DNA of 63,412 bases, the filler included, from Octopus bimaculoides (lineage: Eukaryota), in assembly GCF_001194135.2 (NCBI RefSeq). It is 5 parts of 4 records of this genome, joined end to end, with 100 filler letters (N's around TTAATTAATTAA, not from the genome) between each part and the next. Parts side by side here need not be neighbours in the genome. Positions count along the whole stretch, not along the records: positions 1 to 9,189 come from NC_069003.1; positions 9,290 to 23,328 come from NC_069000.1; 3 more parts are not named here. One strand, written 5' to 3'. Position numbers and translations under genes: made by a program. Position 1 is the first letter of the stretch; the number at the start of each line of letters is the position of its first letter. Of the stretch, positions 1 through 11,770 are shown piece after piece. The notes beneath the pieces are model-generated. The model had not been told where the DNA came from, ran no database searches, and worked only from the letters and a program-made list of their open reading frames with translations.

Positions 1-1616
1 ACATCGCTTGGCAACCGATGCTGGTACGTTTATGTCCCCGTAACTTAGCTGTTTGGCACAAGAGACCGATAGGATAAGTACTAGGCATCCAAAGAATAAG
101 TCCTGGGGTCGATTTGCTCGACTAAAGGCGGTGCTCCAGCATGGCCGCAGTCAAATGACTGAAACAAGTAAAAGAGTAAAGAGTATAGATGTAATTTTTG
201 ATGCTGAATCTGAATTTGTTATTCATTTATTCCAGGAAAATTTTGCGAAAATGTTACAGGTGTTCAAAGTTTGATAATCTTCCATCATCTGCTGTAGTAG
301 AGAGAAGGAAGGGTTGGGTTTGGGGGCAACGGAATGTCAAAAGATTAAACTAGTGAAAGGAAAGTGAAAAAAACATTAAGAGATTCGCGAGCAAATTAAA
401 TATTTAAAAGCGACGAGCAAACCAACAGGAGTTGCTAGAAATAACAGTCAAAACGTTGTGTAAAACAGATATTTTTTAGTTAAAAAAGTTCAAGTACGAA
501 AGTTTGCTATGCACTTTAGGAATTTATAAAATAGATTATCTTTCTCATATCTCTTTCTCCACATAAATTCACAAAGATAAGAATCAACCATGGAATGGCG
601 TTTGTTTCCAGGCTTTAAAGATGCCCAGGTACTTTCAATTTGTTGATTACACTCAATTTGGTGATTACACTCCTTGTGCGCATGCGCAGCATCTTTGGTT
701 ACTATGGAAACAAAGTTCTTTGCAATCAGCTGTGGAACACATGGTGCTTCTTTGCTTAATACGCAAACAGAACTTCACTGTGATGTGTAAAATACTCGCT
801 TCTGATTGGCTAAACTACCCAAATTTTGCAAATTTTAAAGTCTTGTCATTTTTTTAATTATGAATTTATAGGGAAAATGAATTTCATTTTCATAATTAGT
901 ATATGAAACTTAATCCATTTACCAAATGTGAAAACAATTGGAACAAAATTGTAGACAGTGACGATAACCACAAAGATCCCTTTTTATTGCTACTTCTTTA
1001 TTATATCTTACCAACTCTGTTGTTTCCCTTAAAACCCACACACCATCTGTTGTTAATGATTTCCCTGCCAATTCTCGTTTGATAAGCTCCTTATTCCAGG
1101 TCCTTTCGCTATTTCGTGCCATAAACGACGCATTCGGCTTTCAGTAGCCAGATCTGTATCTCAGGTCCTGTAGCAAATGTATGTGACTGAGAGATATTTG
1201 GCGGTGGTTACTTACATTTAATAACATTAATAAGTTTGGAGTAGGGAAGAGACAGCTGCTCTGAAATTACAGAAAGTTATCTTTGTGACGACTTGCAGTC
1301 GACCGAAAATAGACAATGCTAACAGCACAAATCTCCATGGTATTGGAATATTCCAGTTGTCTGTGCTCTAAGATAGGAGCCAAACTGTTTTTATAGAGGA
1401 CCGGAAACCAAATTCTAGAATGTTCGAGAAAACCATATCACGTCACATCCTCATGTTGATTGAGTGGTTAACAGGCTGATCGTATGAAACTGTGGCGGTT
1501 CGCTTATGGTGTCTGAACGATTCTCTATCAGTTGGGGTTTCAAATCCCTGCTACAAATCTTTCGATAATACTAAATGTTCTTTTCTGATTTTTTTCTTCT
1601 TTTATTTCTTTTTCAG

Positions 1617-1823
1617 TCTTATTGCCCCAGCCCTAAACAGGACTTCGCTTCCGTCGAACGGCTCCACTACAAACCAATGAGTGCCAATGACATCCGATGG
1701 AATTTCGAGAAGTTCTTAATCAACCGTAAAGGAAAACCAGTCATGCGTTTCGCAACAGCTGTGCTCCCTAATGAAATTCGGCCATACATCGTTCATCTTC
1801 TAGAAGAGAAAGAAGAATTTTAA
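1617..1823 (+). CDS. Glutathione peroxidase, terminal coding exon (earlier exons lie upstream of the window)
   Basis: Long polypyrimidine tract and acceptor tttcag|TCT at 1616/1617 (phase 0). Translation SYCPSPKQDFASVERLHYKPMSANDIRWNFEKFLINRKGKPVMRF...EEF* contains the GPx signature DI.WNFEKFL. Stop TAA at 1821-1823. Subfamily and Sec/Cys status cannot be determined here. Confidence 0.9.
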   Translation, partial: SYCPSPKQDFASVERLHYKPMSANDIRWNFEKFLINRKGKPVMRFATAVLPNEIRPYIVHLLEEKEEF

Positions 1824-3053
1824 TCGTATAGAATGATGTCTGTATTTGCGTGTGTGAATGAGTGAACACGCGTGTGTATGTGAGGGTGAATATGTGTGAG
1901 TGTGTGTAAGTGGAATGGAGAGAGGAAGTGGATGCTTGTTAAGATTTATTTTTCCTTTCACGAATCTGATTAGTGATGGAAATCCTTGAGAATTAACAGA
2001 TCCTTTTGATATATAGAAATCCGTCTTGGATTTCTATATAAAACGAACTAGTTAGATTTGGAAGGGTTGTATGTATGTATATATATATATATACATGTAT
2101 ATGTATGTGTGTATGTATGCATACATACATATATAAATATATAGATTAAATATACATGCATACATATATATACATACATATATAATATATAATATATATA
2201 TATTTATTATATGCATATAAACTAATATACATACATACATATATGTACGTAGACAGATTTTAGTAGTTATTTTTGTTTTTATAATTGGTTGCATGGACCA
2301 AAATAGTGGGTTGGTAGATTGTTAAAGAGAACAGGAACATTCTCACGATGGGACAGTTGAGGTTGCAGGAAAAAAAAGGTCAGATAAGATGACAAAGGAT
2401 ATAGGAGGTCGGTGTCGGGGGAGGGCAGAATGTAACTAGAAATCAAGTTAATTAATGGTTACACCACCAGCAACCACACAACCACTACTGCTAACACCAC
2501 CAAGCATATGAGCCAATGAGCTGATGAAGGAGTCTTTATGTGGTCGCCTAGTGTGCTAGAAATAGCAGTTAAAATCCAGTCAAATTTTCTTAAATCATGC
2601 TCTAGTGAAAATAGGCATCACTGACAATAGAATATTGAAACCAGTGTAAGCAGAATGCATTGGATAGATGTAGCACTAGAAGCCCCTAAAAGATAGGATG
2701 GTCATGGGTGGAATGATTGCTCACAGGTTGCTCAATCAGGCATGACCTGAAGCCTTAGAGGATAACATATAAAATGACATATTTTGTGTATGTGTATGTA
2801 TTCAAGTATGCATATGTGTATGTATGTGTGTATGTGTAAACAAAGATGTGTGTGAGCATGTTTGTGCCTTCTTATATATACATATTCACACTAACTCATA
2901 CACACATTTATACATATATATGCATACATGCTTATATATATATATATGTGTGTGTGTGTATGTGTATTTATATATAAACATACATATATATACACACATA
3001 TACATATGTATACATATATATATATTCCAAGGATTTTCATATGTATGTATGTA

Positions 3054-3136
<83 letters not shown>

Positions 3137-3989
3137 CAAGGATTTTCATCTCTAATGAGACTCTGTATTTTCCCCTCTCATGCTTTTGCGAGCTAGAATC
3201 TAGCAATTCAGCAATTACTCACTGCTGTTAATTAATTCAAACGCAAAATTTCCTCACCCTTTTTTTTTCCGCTTCTTTGATAAACAAAACAATAAATGAA
3301 ATACAAAATAAATTTTCCCCTTTAAACCTCAAAATATACCATGAAACACATTCATAGTGATCAAAAAAATCATCAAGTAGTTTTATAACCATTATTAGTA
3401 TTAGTGGTAGTATTATTACAAAACTATTATCATTGATATGATTATTTCCTATAAGGCAACGAGGTGATAGAATCATTAAAGCTTCAGACAAAATGCTTAG
3501 TAGAACTTCTTGCCGTTTTCTGCATTCTGAGCTCAAATCCAGCTGAACTTAACTTCGTATTTCATCCTTTTGGGGTCAATAAAATAAGTATCGGTCAAGT
3601 GCTGGGGTTAATGTAATCAATTTGTCCATCCCGTCAATATTGCTGGTCTTGTGTCAAATTATAAAAGTAATTAATATTTTTAGTATCTATATAATTTTTA
3701 ATTTTCCCTGATATGAAAAGTATTAATGCATACTTTAAAAGAAATTTGATCTGTGCTATATTTATAAAAAGAATAACAGTTTCAAAGTTTGGCTCAAGGC
3801 CAGCAGTTTTGTGATGGAGGGGAAAAGTCAGTTACGTTGGACCTCAGTACATGACTGGTACTTACTTTATTGACCCTGAAAGAATGAAAGGCAGAGTTGA
3901 TCTTGTGGGGAACCTGAGTTCAGAACAGAGATGGACAAAATACTGCTAAGCGTTCAGTGAACTAATGATTTCGGCAGCTCACTGCCTTC

Positions 3990-4036
<47 letters not shown>

Positions 4037-5287
4037 TGTTATTGTTTATAAATATGTCCAAAGACAGCTGGAAGCTCACCGGTGTCTCACAGTGCCAAGG
4101 TCACTTTTCACCTTCATGACAGAGCCAGCCGAAACCAGCAAGAATCTGGTGGCCCCTCTTGATACGATGCATTGATTTGGTCAGAGTTGTGCATTCCTCT
4201 GCCAAGTAGATCATCATGTGTTCTAATCCTAGCACTGGAGACACTAGTCTGTTTTGGCTTAAGAAAACCATAAAAAACAATACAATACAATATAAATGGT
4301 GAATAAATTATTATTATTCTCATCAATCAACCAATCGAGTGTGTTGTTTATTTGTTATTTTCTTGTTTTTATTTTCTTTGTACATTTTATGTTTTGTATT
4401 TTACTTGTTTCGGTCGTTGGACTGTGGCCATGCTGGGGCACCAGCCTGAAGGTTTTTTTAATGACTTTTGTTGTTTTTAAGTTTGGTACCTATTCTATCA
4501 GTTACTTTTGTTGAACTGTTAAGTTATGAAGGTGTAAACAAACACCTGTTGCCAAGTTGTATGTGTGTGTGGGGGGTGTATATATATCTTTTCTTTTATT
4601 TTTTTATTCTTTTACTTGTTTCAGTCATTTAACTGAAGCCATGCTGGAGCATTGCCTTTAAGGGTATTTTAGTTGAAAAAAATCAACCTCAGGACTTATT
4701 TTTGTAAGCCTAGTATTTATTCTGAGAGTCTCTTTTGCCAAACTGCTAAGGTACGGGGACATAAACACACCAACATTGGTTGTCAAGCGATGGAGGAGGG
4801 ACAAACACAGACACAAATGCACACACACACACACATATAGATATATATATATATATGTATGATAGACATCTTTCAGTTTCTGTCTACAATAAATCCACTC
4901 ACAAGGCTTTGGTCAGCCCAAGGCTGTAGACAAAGACACTGACCCAAGGTGCCATGTAGCGGGACTGAACTTGGAACCATGTGGTTGGGAAGCAAGCTTC
5001 TTACCACACAGCCATACATACATACATACATACATACATACACACACACATATATATATANNNNNNNNNNNNNNNNNNNNNNNNNNNNNNNNNNNNNNNN
5101 NNNNNNNNNNNNNNNNNNNNNNNNNNNNNNNNNNNNNNNNNNNNNNNNNNNNNNNNNNNNNNNNNNNNNNNNNNNNNNNNNNNNNNNNNNNNNNNNNNNN
5201 NNNNNNNNNNNNNNNNNNNNNNNNNNNNNNNNNNNNNNNNNNNNNNNNNNNNNNNNNNNNNNNNNNNNNNNNNNNNNNNNNNNNNNA

Positions 5288-5660
5288 TCTCCTGCAGCTC
5301 TTCTGGATGGTCTCCTCGTTTAAGTTGGTGAATGCTGCCATAATTGTTGCCTTCAGTTCATCTTTTGGTGTTACAAGGAGTTTTGTTGGTCCCTTGCTCA
5401 ACTGCACCCCACACATAATAATGAAGGGTGTTGCAGTCTGGGGAGTTAGGTGGCCAGATGTTAGGGGTGATGTGGTCGCAGAAATTGTCTGACAGCCATG
5501 ACTGGGTTCTCCTGCTTGTGTGGCATGGTGCAGAGTCCTGTTGCCAGACATAGGGTCTTCCAGCAGCCACCCTCTTCACCCAGGACAGCACTACCTCTTC
5601 CAGGCACTTGATGTAGGCTTCCATATGGAAGATGAATGGAGCTGTTGTCATAAATTTTGT
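5288..5660 (-). mobile_element. Tc1/mariner maT (DD37D) transposase C-terminal fragment
   Basis: YVWQQDSAPCH...WPPNSPDCNTLHYYVWG: 37 residues between the second D and the third catalytic position, which is mutated D>H here. Truncated by an N gap. Confidence 0.85.
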
Positions 5661-6269
5661 ATGCTTTCAATTTTGTTTTAATTGTTTTAACATTTGGTAA
5701 ACCACTTTAGTTTTGTATGGAGACACATGGCTTTGTGGGGTGTTGGATTCACGACCGTAACATTGTAGTTTCGATTCCTGAACTGGACAATCCTTTGTGT
5801 TCTTGAGCAAAACACTTCTTTTAATGCTGTTTCAGTCCACTCAGCTGTAGAAATGAGTTTCGCCTGGAGAGGGATAGGCTCTGCCAGGCTTTCTCACCCT
5901 AGATACACAGCATGGCTGCAGCACCCCAATGACCCTCAAGGGGTTAAGGGACTTGTTGATTGTCAATGCTAATTATGAAAATAAAATTCGCTTTTAATGC
6001 GAGTTAATAAATAAAAGTGAATAGCTTTTAAAGTTTTCAAATAATGGGTAATTTTAGCCAATCAAAAGCTGCCATTATACACATGACTGTAAATCTCATA
6101 TTGGTGTCTGTTTCCATAGTAACAAGCAAAGGTGTAGTCTGCCCTGTTTTCATTATAACAAGGATGCTTTACTTAGCACCGCAGTGACTTTCACCACTGC
6201 AACGACCACCAAAAGATTTGACAAGTGATATCATTTTCTGCTTGTGCTATTTCTGTTATATTTCTGTTG

Positions 6270-6573
6270 TTGTTGGCACTCCATTGCTTACGACATCGAG
6301 GGTTCCAGTTGATCCGATCAACGGAACAGCCTGCTCGTGAAATTAACGTGCAAGTGGCTGAGCACTCCACAAACACGTGTACCCTTAACGTAGTTCTCGG
6401 GGATATTCAGCGTGACACAGTGTGACAAGGCTTACCCTTTGAATTACAGGCACAACAGAAACAGGAAGTAAGAGTGAGAGAAAGTTGTGGTGAAATAGTA
6501 CAGCAGAGTTCACCACCATCCCCTGCTGGAGCCTCGTGGAGCTTTAGGTGTTTTTGCTCAATAAACACTCACA
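6270..6573 (+). repeat. Unclassified interspersed repeat
   Basis: Higher-GC block (cttacgacatcgagggttccagttgatcc...gagcctcgtggagctttagg) that I recognise from memory as a cephalopod repeat; not verified within this window. Confidence 0.35.
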
Positions 6574-9233
6574 NNNNNNNNNNNNNNNNNNNNNNNNNNN
6601 NNNNNNNNNNNNNNNNNNNNNNNNNNNNNNNNNNNNNNNNNNNNNNNNNNNNNNNNNNNNNNNNNNNNNNNNNNNNNNNNNNNNNNNNNNNNNNNNNNNN
6701 NNNNNNNNNNNNNNNNNNNNNNNNNNNNNNNNNNNNNNNNNNNNNNNNNNNNNNNNNNNNNNNNNNNNNNNNNNNNNNNNNNNNNNNNNNNNNNNNNNNN
6801 NNNNNNNNNNNNNNNNNNNNNNNNNNNNNNNNNNNNNNNNNNNNNNNNNNNNNNNNNNNNNNNNNNNNNNNNNNNNNNNNNNNNNNNNNNNNNNNNNNNN
6901 NNNNNNNNNNNNNNNNNNNNNNNNNNNNNNNNNNNNNNNNNNNNNNNNNNNNNNNNNNNNNNNNNNNNNNNNNNNNNNNNNNNNNNNNNNNNNNNNNNNN
7001 NNNNNNNNNNNNNNNNNNNNNNNNNNNNNNNNNNNNNNNNNNNNNNNNNNNNNNNNNNNNNNNNNNNNNNNNNTAAAAAAGAAAATGTCAAATTTCAACA
7101 AAAATATGGTAACAAAAGGGTTTAAAAGATTCAACCAGTCACTTTTCATGTTACATTGCAGATCAACCCTTTATCATTCAGATTACTCTGTCAAATGCAA
7201 TGCTTTTTGGTCATTTGACTGTGGCCATGCTGGAGCACCGCCTTTAGTCGAGCAAATCGACCCCAGGACTTATTCTTTGTGAGCCTAGTACTTTTTCTAT
7301 CGGTCTCTTTTTGCTGAACCGCTAAGTTACGGGGACGTAAACACACGAGCATCGGTTGTCAAGCGAAGTTGGGGGGGACAAACACAGACACACAAACATA
7401 CACACACACACATATAGATACATATACATATATATGACAGGCTTCTTTCAGTTTCCGTCTATCAAATCCACCCACAAGGCTTTGGTCGGCCCGAGGCTAT
7501 AGTAGAAGACACTTGCCCAAGGTGCCACGTACTGGGACTCAACCCGGAACCATGCGGCTCATAAGCAAGCTACTTATCACACAGCCACTCCTACGCCTGT
7601 GTTTATATTGATTTTTATTTATATTGTTTTTAGAATGACATTGTAGGGTAGGTGTGAGTGGCTGGATCTGGTCAGTCCTGAGCACAAAATAAGTCAAATA
7701 TGTAGGCATAATATGGCATTCACATTATTCTGTCAAATGTAATGCTTACTTATTGAAGTTGTTTGAATTAACCATGTATCATTTTGTATCTTCAACAATT
7801 TCAATGGTGTGATTGCATGTTTAGAATGATATATTACAGGGTTGGTATGAGAAACCAGATTTGGCCAGTTCGGACATAAAACAAGTAGAATATCTCATCC
7901 AGTTATGGCCAGTCAAAGTGTTAAAGGTTATGCAAATGATAGGAGGAAAAAGGAATTTATTTCAGGAATAAAGGGCAAAATACTAAACCTTCACTGGATT
8001 CATAGTTTCACCCTGAATTTTCTTGAAACATTAAGGAATTAGGAGTAAAGATTGTTTGCCAACATAACACGGCAGTCCTAGTTTAGGACGAATGTTGCTG
8101 CAATTTAGCCCCAGAAGACATTGTCTCCAGCTGGTTATATGACACAATTTGCGTCCTTATATTTTCAAACAATCTTTACTCCAAAGTACTGTTGCTGAAT
8201 ATCTCTCGTCGTGAGATTTAAAAATAGTAATTTTCTATTAAGCAATTAATTTAGAAAAAGAAAAAAAGATAATCTGTTTTTTTTTTTTTTTTTTTTTTTG
8301 CGAAGACGAAGGCAGCAGGAGATGGTGAAAATGGTGTGAACTATCCAAAAATATTTACACACACTTATGCTCTTACTTGTTTCAGTCATTTGATTGTGGT
8401 CATACTGGAGCACTAAGTTAAAGGGATTTTAGTCACAAGAAATCGACCCCAGTACTTATTCTTTGTAAACCTAGTACTTATTTTATTGGCCTCTTTTGCC
8501 AAACCACTAAGTTACAGGGATATAGACACACCAACATCGGTTCTCAAGTGATGATTGTGGGACAAACACGGACACAAAGACACACACACATAAATATATA
8601 TACATATATATATATGACGGGCTTCTTTCAGTTTCTGTCAGCCAAATCCACTCACAAGGCTTTGGTTGCCCCGTGGTTATAGTAGAATACACTTGCCCAA
8701 GATGCCACACAGTGGGACTGAACCCAGAACCATGTGGCTGGGAAACAAGCTTCTTACCACACAGCCATGTCTATAGGTATATATCAAACAGGGAGAGGAG
8801 GGGACGAAGGAAAGCCAGAAAAAGGACAGGAAAGAAAGAAAGAAAGAAAGAAAATAATGAGAGAGAAAGGAAAAGAGGAAACAAAATGAGAAAGAGAAAG
8901 AAACAGATATAAGGAAAAGAAGAAAAGGATAGGAAAAGAGAGACAATAGAAAAAGAGCGAGTAAGAATACAGAGAGAGAGAGAGAAAGAGAAAGAGAGAA
9001 AGGGAGTTAACAAATAGACATGAAGAAAGACTATTAACCTAAAAGATAATTGAAGCCAAAGATAATTTAGAGTTATCTCCCTTAATCCAGGTAATACTAA
9101 ATTATTTGATGGTCGTTTCGAAGAGATTAGCGACAATTCACTGAGCTAATCTCGTAGGAATATATATATATACACACACACATATATATNNNNNNNNNNN
9201 NNNNNNNNNNNNNNNNNNNNNNNNNNNNNNNNN

Positions 9234-9245
9234 TTAATTAATTAA
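9234..9245. other. Assembly spacer TTAATTAATTAA inside a 100-nt N block (also 23373-23384, 44799-44810, 58391-58402)
   Basis: The same palindromic 12-mer, with TAA stops in all six frames, sits in four N blocks (44 Ns on each side where counted), always next to (TA)n tracts. Confidence 0.9.
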
Positions 9246-9289
9246 NNNNNNNNNNNNNNNNNNNNNNNNNNNNNNNNNNNNNNNNNNNN

Positions 9290-9352
<63 letters not shown>

Positions 9353-9632
9353 TTCAGATGTCTATAGTACTTAAGTTGAGGCACCAGAATTTAGTACGGT
9401 ACTAGCCATACAATTTCAAAATAAGGTGATTAAAATCAAAATAAGCAACAAAGATATCCAGAATTAATGCAGTACTATGGTTTCACGCGAATCCATTTAA
9501 TTGAACAATGCAACCATTGCTTCTAAGTGAAGGCAGCATGTTCTTTGTCAATCTCCTTAAATTCTTTGAGATTTTAGGTAAAATTGCACTAATGTGTCCA
9601 TCTGCTTTAATTTAATCAAATTCTATGTCTAT

Positions 9633-9720
9633 GTGCAGCTGAGGATTGCTCTGCATTTAAATTGATGTAATGGTTACATTGTTCAATGAAATGGAGTTGC
9701 GTGAAACGATCGTGCTGCAT
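9633..9720 (+). ncRNA. Degenerate type I hammerhead motif
   Basis: gtgcag-CTGAGGA...GAAA-C-GATC-GT-G-ctgcat. Helix I 6 bp; palindromic helix III ACGATCGT. Position 17 is G (not cleavable) and the base of helix II is unpaired. Confidence 0.55.
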
Positions 9721-9991
9721 TACATCTGGATATCCTTATTGCTTATTTTGATATATATGTATATANNNNNNNNNNNNNNNNNNNNNNNNNNNNNNNNNNN
9801 NNNNNNNNNNNNNNNNNNNNNNNNNNNNNNNNNNNNNNNNNNNNNNNNNNNNNNNNNNNNNNNNNNNNNNNNNNNNNNNNNNNNNNNNNNNNNNNNNNNN
9901 NNNNNNNNNNNNNNNNNNNNNNNNNNNNNNNNNNNNNNNNNNNNNNNNNNNNNNNNNNNNNNNNNNNNNNNNNNNNNNNNNNNNNNNNNNN

Positions 9992-10065
<74 letters not shown>

Positions 10066-11207
10066 TTGCTTTTGTTACCAAGTATATGAATTCGTTGGTT
10101 CGCGATTACATTAAATTGATTTAAACACACACGTGCCAACACACATGTCCTCTATGAATATATATTATGAAGATTAGTCCTTAATATAAAACTAATTTTT
10201 ATTGCTTTCGACTGGGGTTAAGCGTTATGCGCTTAATCTTCCCAGGCACTCCAAATCCAGTAAAATTGGCACGTTTAACGTTTCTCTCGAACAATTACAG
10301 GAAAACTATTCTGTAATGCAGGTGATATAATCAATCACAACCCTCGAAAATGATACCCCGATTGGCCAGTCGAATGACTGTTACTACGGAGAGAAGAGAA
10401 GAAATTATTTTGATTTCGAAATAAATTTCCGCGTAAAAAATAAGGTTATTTTTGTTATGAATTGCTTTTCTGTTTTCTTTCCCTTCACTTCAAATCGTTC
10501 AAGCATACACAGCAGATCCAATTTCTGGTGTTAAATATCAAATTGAAAATAGATACATATCAAGCAACAGTTGTGTAAATCAATAACCATCTTGATTTTA
10601 TCGTGTGTGACATTTTCTTTTCAATCTATTTTCATCAAGTGAAACGTCATTGGATACTCTGAAAACCACTCGCCTGAATTAACTACACCTATATCAGATT
10701 GACTATCAGCTATCTTGTTTTTAGATCGACTTGCTAAACAACTTCGTTTGTTCCTATAACAGACTGACACGTGCAAAATATCTTATGGTGTTAGGTGGTC
10801 AGTATTTGTTGGTTGGTATAGACATCGTAACATTTCTTAGGTGAAGTGAAACGGTAAATATTCGTTGATAATAGGACAGAATTTATTTCTTTCCTTGCAA
10901 TTGTCGTCTTTAATAAACAAGAGGCCCATAGATAGAGCATTTGTTTGTGTTTTCTTAAAGGACATTGTTTGTCATCCCTCATAGAGACAGGTGCAGTGAC
11001 ACATGAAATCACTTTGTTCAGTGATATCTACATAAACAAATGTTTGTTGGTGCCTTCAATATGGAAACATTTAATGAGATTCAGACTTGAATCACCCGAG
11101 TTACCCCATTGGACCGCTGAAACAACAGATGACAATTACTAGTGATCTCTATATGAGGCGATGCTGTAAAGGGGACAAGACATAGACATAGGTGTTTCTA
11201 TTTGGAC

Positions 11208-11314
11208 ATACTGACTTCGGTAGTATAGATTCTAAAACTGGAACGCTACAGAGAAGAGTAGCATGGCCCTTGTGCAAGGATGACACGCAAATTCGTGAAG
11301 CGTTCCATATTTCT
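11208..11314 (+). ncRNA. U6: U6 snRNA copy (variant gene or retrocopy)
   Basis: 107 nt colinear with canonical U6: 5' stem-loop with TTCG loop, intact ACAGAGA box, AGC triad, AAGGATGACACGCAAATTCGTGAAGCGTTCCATATTT. About 15 substitutions versus human U6. No TATA box at about -30. Confidence 0.93.
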
Positions 11315-11317
11315 AAA

Positions 11318-11482
11318 GGCGCAGGCGTGGCTGTGTAGTAAGAAGCTTGCTTCCAAACCACACAGTTCCGGGTTCAGTCCCACTGCGTATCACCGTGTGC
11401 AAATGTCTTCTACAATAGCCTCGGACTGACCAAAGCTTTGTGAACTGATTTGGCAGACGGAAACTGAAAAAAACCTGTCGTG

Positions 11483-11570
<88 letters not shown>

Positions 11571-11770
11571 TGTCCCACTGCCATCAATAGCTGATGCTGG
11601 TGTGTTTATGTCCCTGTAACTTAGCAGTTCGACAAAAGGCAATGATAGAGTAAGTACTAGGCTTACAAAGAATAAGTCCTGGGATCGATTTCTTCGACTA
11701 AAACCGTTTAAGGCGGTACTCCAGTATGACCGCAGTCAAATGACTGAAACAAGTAAAAAAATAAAAGAAT
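11318..11770 (+). mobile_element. tRNA-derived SINE family A, full length, directly after the U6 copy
   Basis: Head ggcgcaggcgtggctgtgtagt (A box) ... GGTTCAGTCCC (B box), internal (TA)n(TG)n tract, 3' half ending gactgaaacaagtaaaa. Confidence 0.85.

Noticed and set aside
1833-2010. SECIS candidates (ATGA at about 1833; GTGA at about 1973)
   Set aside because: Helix II length and the position of the unpaired AA do not fit either SECIS form.
2052-3231. Many ORFs of the YIYIY / HTHTH / CVCVC type here and across the window
   Set aside because: They are translations of (TA)n, (CA)n, (GA)n and (CAT)n tracts or run through N gaps; no protein-like content.
9190-9289. Recurring TTAATTAATTAA palindrome (4 sites) as a possible biological element
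   Set aside because: Always embedded in N blocks of the same layout and encodes stops in all six frames; an assembly spacer.
10725-10841. Possible exon (acceptor tttttag, 39 open codons IDLLNNFVCSYNRL...)
   Set aside because: No recognisable homology and a weak donor; expected by chance in AT-rich DNA.
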